The position numbers were made by a program, and so were the translations under genes. This document shows positions 56,930 through 62,974 of a DNA stretch of 62,974 nt, one piece after another. The DNA is from an uncultured Dehalococcoidaceae bacterium (lineage in GTDB: Bacteria; Chloroflexota; Dehalococcoidia; Dehalococcoidales; RBG-16-60-22): positions 3,322-66,295 of the forward strand of contig CAZTMR010000003.1 in assembly GCA_964615345.1 (NCBI GenBank). Direction: 5' to 3'. The notes under the pieces are model-generated. The model searched no databases. It worked only from the letters and a program-made list of their open reading frames with translations, and had not been told where the DNA came from. Within the stretch, counting starts at the first letter, position 1. Each line of letters starts with the position of its first letter.

Positions 56930-57625
56930 ATGAAAAAGCTACTGGTTATCGGTTCACTGGTGCTGCTGGGGCTTCTGGTTATCGGCTCCGCGTTCCCGGT
57001 CCTGGCGCACACGGAAGACTCTGAGGGAACGGTCGCCCCCGGCGGCATCTCTGAGAGCCATCCCACCGTGGTGAGGCTGGCAGAAGTCCTGGGGCTGACC
57101 CCGGAGGCACTCGCTGGCCTTCTCCAGGAAGGAAATAACCTTTCTGAAATTGCCGCCGAACAGGGCGTAGCCGAAGAGGCGGTGCTGGAAACAATCCTGG
57201 CCCCACACACCAGCCAGATAGAACTGCGCCTGGAGTACGGATACCTCACCCAGGAACAGGCGGATGCCATGCTGGCCGAGGCAGAAGAGCACGCCCGGTT
57301 ACTGCTGGAGCGGGACTTCTCGACTGTCGCGAGTTACGGCGACCGGGAAGAGATGGAGGAGTACTGCGGCGGGATGATGAGCGGCTGGGGCGGCCCGGCC
57401 GGGTTTGACGGCGGTATGCCACACCACGGTTACGGGATGATGGGTTACGGCGGAGGTCACGGGATGATGGGAAGCTGGAGCAGCCCGGCGGACGGATGGG
57501 AAGAAAGTCCCCGCTTCCGCAACTATGAGGAAACCGGCCGGGGAGGCTGGGGCGGCATGATGGGACGCTTCGGGAATAACCTCACCCCCGGGAGCCGGGG
57601 TGGCGGCAATATGATGGGCTGGTAA
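56930..57625 (+). CDS. Secreted protein: helical N-domain + Gly/Met/His-rich C-terminal tail
   Basis: Signal peptide ending PVLAH. A helical LTQEQADAMLAEAEEH region may be DUF2680-like (from memory). The tail has GGMMSGWGG, GGMPHHGYGMMGYGGGHGMMG, GGWGGMMG and GGGNMMGW. RBS is GAGGAGG. Confidence 0.75.
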   Translation: MKKLLVIGSLVLLGLLVIGSAFPVLAHTEDSEGTVAPGGISESHPTVVRLAEVLGLTPEALAGLLQEGNNLSEIAAEQGVAEEAVLETILAPHTSQIELRLEYGYLTQEQADAMLAEAEEHARLLLERDFSTVASYGDREEMEEYCGGMMSGWGGPAGFDGGMPHHGYGMMGYGGGHGMMGSWSSPADGWEESPRFRNYEETGRGGWGGMMGRFGNNLTPGSRGGGNMMGW

Positions 57626-57663
57626 ATACCGGCCGGTCAGGGCAAGACAGTAAACAAAGCTTG

Positions 57664-57703
57664 AAGCGGCGGCCGGGGTGTATGTCCCGGCCGCCGCTTT
57701 TTT
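57664..57703 (+). terminator. Strong rho-independent terminator
   Basis: 12-bp GC stem GCGGCGGCCGGG/CCCGGCCGCCGC (57666-57697), 8-nt loop, then TTTTTT (57698-57703). Confidence 0.85.
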
Positions 57704-57769
57704 GCATAGTTCAAAAAGTAATTGTATGCTGGTATTGACTGGTGTTAAACAGATTGGAGCGACGCAAAA

Positions 57770-58471
57770 GTGGTCAGGGGCACGATACTGGTAGTGGACG
57801 ATGAACCGAAGATGGTAGACCTGGTGCGCGCCTACCTGGAACGGGACGGCTACCGGGTGGCCGAGGCGGGGGACGGACGCCAGGCCCTTGAGGTCTTCCG
57901 TAAGGTGTCACCAGACCTGATTGTCCTTGACCTGATGCTGCCGGAAATGGACGGTCTGGAAGTGTGCCGGGAGATACGCCGGACATCAGACGTACCCGTC
58001 ATTATGCTCACCGCCCGCGATGACGACGCGGACAAGCTGATAGGGCTGGAAATCGGCGCCGATGACTACATCACCAAGCCCTTCAGCCCCCGGGAGCTGG
58101 TGGCGAGGGTGCGGGTGGTGCTGCGCCGGGTCCGGCCGGAGACGCCGGCCCGGCCTGAAGGGCGGCTGGTCCACGGCGAACTGGTGCTCGACCAGGAACG
58201 GGTGGAAGTGAGCTGCCACGGGCAACCGCTGCCGCTTACCCTGACCGAATTCCGCATCCTGGCCGCCCTGGCGGCTTCACCCGGGCGGGTGCTTTCCCGT
58301 TCCCGGCTGCTGGACGCGCTGGGAGAGACCTACGAAGGTTACGAGCGCACCATAGACGTCCACATCAAGAACCTGCGGCGCAAAATGAATGCGGCCGGCG
58401 CCGGGAAGGGCTGTAGCATCGCCACCGTGCACGGTCTGGGCTACAAGCTTCAGGAGTCACCGGATGTTTAG
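57770..58471 (+). CDS. OmpR/PhoB-family response regulator
   Basis: ILVVDDEPKM...LDLMLPEMDG...MLTA...DDYITKPF, plus a winged helix (LTLTEFRILAALA...IDVHIKNLRRKM). GTG start. Confidence 0.95.
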   Translation: MVRGTILVVDDEPKMVDLVRAYLERDGYRVAEAGDGRQALEVFRKVSPDLIVLDLMLPEMDGLEVCREIRRTSDVPVIMLTARDDDADKLIGLEIGADDYITKPFSPRELVARVRVVLRRVRPETPARPEGRLVHGELVLDQERVEVSCHGQPLPLTLTEFRILAALAASPGRVLSRSRLLDALGETYEGYERTIDVHIKNLRRKMNAAGAGKGCSIATVHGLGYKLQESPDV

Positions 58472-59606
58472 CTGGTTGAAGCCAGACCGGTTATCGGTGA
58501 GGCTTGGCGCGGCTTTCCTGCTGGCCGCCCTGGCCGGAATCGGTCTGGTGGCCGTGCTGGCTTACCAGAATACTTCCAACGAGTTCAATTCGTTTTTGGC
58601 TCACGTGGAGGCGATGGAGCGGGCGATGGGGGGCGGAATGATGGGCGGAATGATGGGCAGCCGGGCTTTTCTCCAGGCACAGCGGGACTTCCTGGACAGC
58701 CTGGGGCAGACGCTCCTTATCGCCGGAATTTCCGGCGCGCTCCTGGCGATAATTCTCAGCGGCCTGTTCGCCCGGCAAATCGTGAGACCCCTGGATAAAG
58801 TGGCCTCCGCGGCGCGGCGCGTGGCGGGAGGCGATTTCAATCAACGGGTGGAAATCAGCGGTTCCAGTGAAATCGCCGAGCTGGGACAGTCCTTCAATAC
58901 CATGGCGGCAACTCTGAGCCATGACCGCGAAACGCGACAGAAAATGGCGGCTGACATCGCCCACGAGCTGCGCACACCCCTTTCCATATTACAGGGCAAC
59001 GTAGAGGCGATGCTGGACGGAGTTATGCAGACGGACCGGAAAAACCTGGAGTCACTGCACCAGGAGACGGCGCACCTGACCCGGCTGGTGGAAGACCTGC
59101 GCATCCTTTCTCTGGCCGAAGCCGGACAGCTCAGCTTTCAGCCGGTGAGCACCGATATGAGGAAACTCGCCGGGCAGATTACGGAAACGTTCCGTACCCG
59201 TTTCTCTCAAAAGAACATCAGGTTTTCCCTGGAAACCCCGGATGACCTGCCTCCGGCGCTGGCGGACCCGGACCGGACGGCGCAGGTACTGCGCAACCTG
59301 CTCAACAACGCCCTCCAGTACACGCCGGAAGGAGGTCAAGTAACGGTGAAGCTGACCCCGGAGCAGGAGAGTATTACCATCTCGGCACGGGACAGCGGCT
59401 CGGGTATCCCTGCCGAGCACCTGTCCCGTATCTTTGACCGTTTTTACCGGGTTGACCGTTCCCGCCGGCGCAGCACGGGGGGCTCCGGCCTGGGGCTGGC
59501 CATAGTGAAACAGCTCACGGAGGCACAGGGCGGCCGGGTGTGGGCGGAAAGCGAACCGGACCAGGGCAGCTCTTTCTTCGTCCGGCTGCCACGGGCAGAC
59601 CGGTAA
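58464..59606 (+). CDS. Sensor histidine kinase (2 TM, short Met/Gly-containing loop, HAMP, HisKA, HATPase)
   Basis: ATG 58464 overlaps the regulator stop. Loop is ...HVEAMERAMGGGMMGGMMGSRAF.... H-box is AADIAHELRTPLS. ATPase motifs are DSGSGIP and GSGLGLAIV. Confidence 0.9.
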   Translation: MFSWLKPDRLSVRLGAAFLLAALAGIGLVAVLAYQNTSNEFNSFLAHVEAMERAMGGGMMGGMMGSRAFLQAQRDFLDSLGQTLLIAGISGALLAIILSGLFARQIVRPLDKVASAARRVAGGDFNQRVEISGSSEIAELGQSFNTMAATLSHDRETRQKMAADIAHELRTPLSILQGNVEAMLDGVMQTDRKNLESLHQETAHLTRLVEDLRILSLAEAGQLSFQPVSTDMRKLAGQITETFRTRFSQKNIRFSLETPDDLPPALADPDRTAQVLRNLLNNALQYTPEGGQVTVKLTPEQESITISARDSGSGIPAEHLSRIFDRFYRVDRSRRRSTGGSGLGLAIVKQLTEAQGGRVWAESEPDQGSSFFVRLPRADR

Positions 59607-59639
59607 AAAACCTTCCCCCGGTTATTCCCTGGTCACCGG

Positions 59640-59873
59640 CTATCTTTGCCGGCGCACCAGATAGTGCCCGATGAGAAAGCCTAGGCTACCCAGAACAAAG
59701 AGCATGGCCAGGATGACCAGCTGCAGGCTGCCCAGGAAGCTGCAGGCCCCGGGGATAACAAAGAGGACCAGCAGGCCCGCCACCAGGCTGGAAACGGCCA
59801 GGAAACCGCCGGTCAGCCGGAGCAGCTCTCTGCCCGTGGTGTTGGGGTTGAACGCAGGATTCAGGGTTACCAT
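59640..59873 (-). CDS. Small two-TM membrane protein (77 aa), last gene of the decahaem operon
   Basis: GGGAGG 7 nt upstream of the ATG, two hydrophobic helices, 37 nt downstream of the NrfD-like gene. Confidence 0.6.
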   Translation of the reverse strand: MVTLNPAFNPNTTGRELLRLTGGFLAVSSLVAGLLVLFVIPGACSFLGSLQLVILAMLFVLGSLGFLIGHYLVRRQR

Positions 59874-59910
59874 AGGGCTACCTCCCTTGCTTGTCTATCT
59901 TCAAGCACGG

Positions 59911-61086
59911 TTAAAAACTGAACCTTCTTCTTTCCGGCGCTTTAGCGGTTTCCTCCCGCCACGGCGGCAGCAGATAGGCGATAACCGCCAGAAGAACGAA
60001 AGGGAACAGCGTCAGCGTTACCGCGGTAACTATCCCCTCCAGCCCCAGCAGGGGCGGGGTATAGCTGGTGAACCCGCGCAGGCTTTTTGACATCAGCTGC
60101 CCGCCGATGACCACATTCCAGCGCATGGCAAACACGCCGATAAGCACCAGGACCGAGGTCAGCGCCCGGATAAACGTTTTGTGGCGGGCCTCCAGGTCAA
60201 CGATTTCCACGCCACCCAGGACGATTAGAGGCAGCAGGGCGCCGAGCAGGAACTGGATGCCAAAGTAGCTCACCCCGATAACTTCGGTTATCAGGCGGGA
60301 GACTATTTCCCAGCTTTCTTCGGCCTCGTAGAGCATGGAAAATACTTCCAGCCCTTCCAGCACCACGTTGATGCTCAGGAAGCCGAGCAGCCAGAGGGAC
60401 ATAAACCGCAGGGCGTCATGGTCCAGCCGGGCTTTCCTGATTCTGGTTACCAGGACGTAGAGGACAATGAGCAGGGCGATGCCGGAGACGGTAGCTGACA
60501 TCAGGAAGATGACCGGCATCAGCGGAGTTGACCACCAGGGGTTGGCCTTGATTGCCCCGAAGATAAAGCCCACGTAGCCGTGGAGCAGAAAAGCGGTGGG
60601 GATTCCGATGAAAGCAAGCACTTTAATAATTTTTTCGTCAACGGCGCGTGCCCGTTCCGATATCCGGTACACGCCCAGGGCGAGGACGGCGTAAATGGTT
60701 TTCAGAGTGCCCTCGCTGGAATGGTAGTAACGCACGATGTCTTCCCGGAAAACCAGCCAGACTTCACCCGTCACCATCAGCAGGTAGAAAAACCAGATGT
60801 AACCGAAAGCGGACATCGCCGAGTTCAGGTTCGGCGTCAGGAACATCTCGAAAGCCCTTTCCGGTCGGCCCAGGTGGATGGTCAAGGGCAGGGGGGTTAC
60901 CAGCAGAAAAGCCAGCGCCGTAACCAGTGAAAAACGGGCGACGGGCTCCAGCCTTTTCAGCCCGAAGACGTGGTAAAGCGAAGAGACGATGAAAGCGCCG
61001 GCCACCAGGCCGGTAATATAAGGATAGATGACGATAAGCAGGTCCCACTCGATGACGCCTTCGTTAGGGTAAATGAATCCCGCCAC
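59911..61086 (-). CDS. NrfD/PsrC-family integral membrane quinone-interacting subunit (about 8-9 TM)
   Basis: EWDLLIVIYPYITGLVAGAFIV...HLGRPERAFEMF motifs typical of the NrfD/PsrC type. Confidence 0.9.
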   Translation of the reverse strand: MAGFIYPNEGVIEWDLLIVIYPYITGLVAGAFIVSSLYHVFGLKRLEPVARFSLVTALAFLLVTPLPLTIHLGRPERAFEMFLTPNLNSAMSAFGYIWFFYLLMVTGEVWLVFREDIVRYYHSSEGTLKTIYAVLALGVYRISERARAVDEKIIKVLAFIGIPTAFLLHGYVGFIFGAIKANPWWSTPLMPVIFLMSATVSGIALLIVLYVLVTRIRKARLDHDALRFMSLWLLGFLSINVVLEGLEVFSMLYEAEESWEIVSRLITEVIGVSYFGIQFLLGALLPLIVLGGVEIVDLEARHKTFIRALTSVLVLIGVFAMRWNVVIGGQLMSKSLRGFTSYTPPLLGLEGIVTAVTLTLFPFVLLAVIAYLLPPWREETAKAPERRRFSF

Positions 61087-61089
61087 GAC

Positions 61090-61893
61090 CTAATGCACCC
61101 CCTTTTCGAAGCCGATATAGTAGACCTTGGGTTCGGTGCCCAGGTCCGGTTTCAAGACGTAGACGCGCTTTTCCCGGAGCACCGTTTTCACCACGCTCTG
61201 CGGGTCACGCAGGTCCCCAAACGCTCTGGCGCCCACCGGGCACGCTTCCACGCAGGCCGGCAAAAGGCCCCGGCTTATCCGGTGGTAACACCAGGTGCAC
61301 TTATCAACGACCCCCTCTTCCGGCAGGAAAAATCTCGCGCCGTAGGGGCAGGCCTGAATGCAGTAGCGGCAACCGATACAGTGCTCCCGGTCAATCAGGA
61401 TTACGCCGTCATCGGTCAGGTAGGTGGCACCAACCGGGCACACCTTCACACAGGGAGGGTCGTCACACTGGTTGCACAGCTTGGGGATGAAAAAACTTTT
61501 CCGGATATTCAGCCCCCGGTATTTGGCGTTCATATGCTCGGCGGCAAACCCGTCCCGGCCGCCGTTGGGCGAGTCCACGAAGATTTCTCCGTCCTCGGTA
61601 ATGATGTATCTTTCCACCCAGGTGCGGTTGAACTCCGGTTCCCAGGGGACCCCGTTTTCCAGTTTGCAGGCGACGACACAGCGCCCGCAGCCGATGCATT
61701 TCTCGTTATCACAGACAAAGCCCCAGTAATGCTTCTCCCAGCTTTCCTCCCCTATCTTCGCCGGGCCCAGAGAACTCGGGCCATCCTGGGCCTGCGCCGT
61801 GTTCCGGCGCAGGGACGGCACCGCGCCGGCCACGGCTCCCCCGAGCAATCCGGCCGAACCGAGTTTGATAAAGTCCCGCCGCGTTATTTTCAT
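61090..61893 (-). CDS. Tat-exported 4Fe-4S subunit (NrfC/PsrB/HybA family)
   Basis: MKITRRDFIK twin-arginine signal. Cys clusters CIGCGRCVVAC, CNQCDDPPCVKVCP, CIGCRYCIQACP, CTWC...CVEACP. ATG 61893 follows GAGGGAGG. Confidence 0.9.
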   Translation of the reverse strand: MKITRRDFIKLGSAGLLGGAVAGAVPSLRRNTAQAQDGPSSLGPAKIGEESWEKHYWGFVCDNEKCIGCGRCVVACKLENGVPWEPEFNRTWVERYIITEDGEIFVDSPNGGRDGFAAEHMNAKYRGLNIRKSFFIPKLCNQCDDPPCVKVCPVGATYLTDDGVILIDREHCIGCRYCIQACPYGARFFLPEEGVVDKCTWCYHRISRGLLPACVEACPVGARAFGDLRDPQSVVKTVLREKRVYVLKPDLGTEPKVYYIGFEKGVH

Positions 61894-61903
61894 TTTTCCT
61901 CCC

Positions 61904-62875
61904 TCAGGTCCCGCTGTGACAGCCGGTACAGGTGTCACTGGTGCGTCCGGAGTGGTCTTCCGGCACGGCCAGGTCTCCCGCGGAATGGCACATCAGGCAA
62001 TCTTCCCGCCCTTCCAGGTCATGCGGTATCCGGGTGGGCCCGTCAGCGGTCTCTGCTGGCTCCGGAACCATCTCCGGAACCGGAGAAGGCGTTACCGGGG
62101 CGGACGCCACCGGTGCGGCTATTTTTACTTCCGCGGGCTGGTGACAGATCTGGCAGGAAACGCTTTTCCGGCCGATATGGTCTGCCGGAAAAGGCTTGAT
62201 AGCGCCGGAGTTGTGGCATTCCAGACAGTCTTCCCTTCCCTCCAGAGAATGGGGGATGTGAGGCAGTTCCAGGCCCCTGACTTCTTCCGGTCCGTGGCAG
62301 GTGAGACACTCCGTACGCCCTTCCAGGGTATGGGGAACGATGGGCGGGGGCTCTTCCCAGAACTCGTGTTTACCGTGGCAGGACTGGCACTCGGCGCGGT
62401 CCTCCAGGGAGTGGGGGACCTGGGGCGGCATCCCTGCTCGCGGTTCGTGCGGGTCATGGCAGCTGACACATTTTTCACCGTGACCCATCTCCGCCATATC
62501 CACCTGGGGAAAACCGGCGGGACGGGAAACAAGCCGGGCATGGCAGGTGCCGCAGAGTTCCCGCTCCGTACTCAGCCTGAGCGGTGCGCCCGTATCCAGA
62601 TGTTCCCGGGCCGGGCCGTGGCAGTTTTCACAGCTCACAGTCTGGTGGTCCCCTTTTTGCCACATGGCATAATTTTCCTGGTGGCAATCAGCACACAGTG
62701 AAGAACTGGCGAACTGCATCGGCAGAGCGGCCCATTCATGCCGGTTGGCTTCTTTATCCGGCTGGTGAAAACCGTAATCGGCCAGGGTATCCGGCACCGG
62801 CATCACTCTCAGGCCGATGAAAACGAAGCCCAGCACCGCCGCCAGCAAAAGGCCCGCCCTTTTCAAATGCGTCAT
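61904..62875 (-). CDS. Membrane-anchored decahaem c-type cytochrome
   Basis: N-terminal hydrophobic anchor. Ten CXXCH motifs: CADCH, CENCH, CGTCH, CVSCH, CQSCH, CLTCH, CLECH, CQICH, CLMCH, CTGCH. Confidence 0.9.
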   Translation of the reverse strand: MTHLKRAGLLLAAVLGFVFIGLRVMPVPDTLADYGFHQPDKEANRHEWAALPMQFASSSLCADCHQENYAMWQKGDHQTVSCENCHGPAREHLDTGAPLRLSTERELCGTCHARLVSRPAGFPQVDMAEMGHGEKCVSCHDPHEPRAGMPPQVPHSLEDRAECQSCHGKHEFWEEPPPIVPHTLEGRTECLTCHGPEEVRGLELPHIPHSLEGREDCLECHNSGAIKPFPADHIGRKSVSCQICHQPAEVKIAAPVASAPVTPSPVPEMVPEPAETADGPTRIPHDLEGREDCLMCHSAGDLAVPEDHSGRTSDTCTGCHSGT

Positions 62876-62974
62876 CTATCAGCGTCTTCCCGCCTTTACT
62901 TTTTCCGGGTTACCCGGCGGCTATTTCCCGCTCAGCCGGGAAAGACCGGAGAGGGCATTCTGGATGTCTACCGT

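Noticed and set aside
62921-62974. A 17-codon C-terminal fragment (…TVDIQNALSGLSRLSGK*) of a minus-strand gene at the right window edge.
   Set aside because: It is too short to identify or to support as a feature. It is only noted because it may belong to the decahaem operon.

Overview
This is a 62,974-bp high-GC bacterial chromosomal segment with about 60 protein genes on both strands. I recognised no rRNA, tRNA, CRISPR array, transposase, phage or known defence genes. Gene content (tungsten AOR, desulforedoxin, multihaem cytochromes, a Re-citrate-synthase-like enzyme) suggests an anaerobe; taxonomy cannot be fixed from this window. Family names are recalled from motifs in the translated ORFs, not from searches, and need HMM confirmation.

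Left third:
- 3' part of an aldehyde:ferredoxin oxidoreductase.
- A cobalamin riboswitch in front of cbiB-cobD.
- An AT-rich island with a consensus promoter, then a hybrid histidine kinase with four receiver proteins.
- A tight 4-gene operon of poorly characterised families (ECF-S-like, DUF1893, AKR-FeS, DUF362).
- Two dehydrogenases and the pstSCAB-phoU operon.

Middle:
- Histidine phosphatase, gamma-glutamylcyclotransferase, and a 40-aa desulforedoxin missing from the ORF track.
- An SdhA/NadB-family flavoprotein.
- A glgC / GalT-like / OtsB-like / membrane GT2 sugar cluster.
- A P-type ATPase and a 1396-aa double-ATPase 'CoA-enzyme activase' fusion.
- Central-carbon genes: carboxyltransferase, split transketolase, acetyl-CoA synthetase, homocitrate/IPM-synthase-family enzyme.

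Right third (48.6-62.9 kb) is the most unusual part:
- A Cache-HAMP-GAF kinase with a CXXCH haem-c motif in its extracytoplasmic domain, plus a NarL-type regulator.
- A membrane-anchored receiver protein and a stand-alone cNMP-binding protein.
- Two separate NrfC/NrfD-type quinone modules with no catalytic subunit in the window. One carries a monohaem cytochrome c-linker-beta-TM fusion, the other a decahaem cytochrome built from repeated PHxLEGRxxCLxCH units.
- Between them, a secreted Gly/Met/His-rich protein whose GGMMG motif recurs in the sensor loop of the adjacent OmpR/HK pair. It is preceded by three TTCAT repeats at exact 11-bp phasing.
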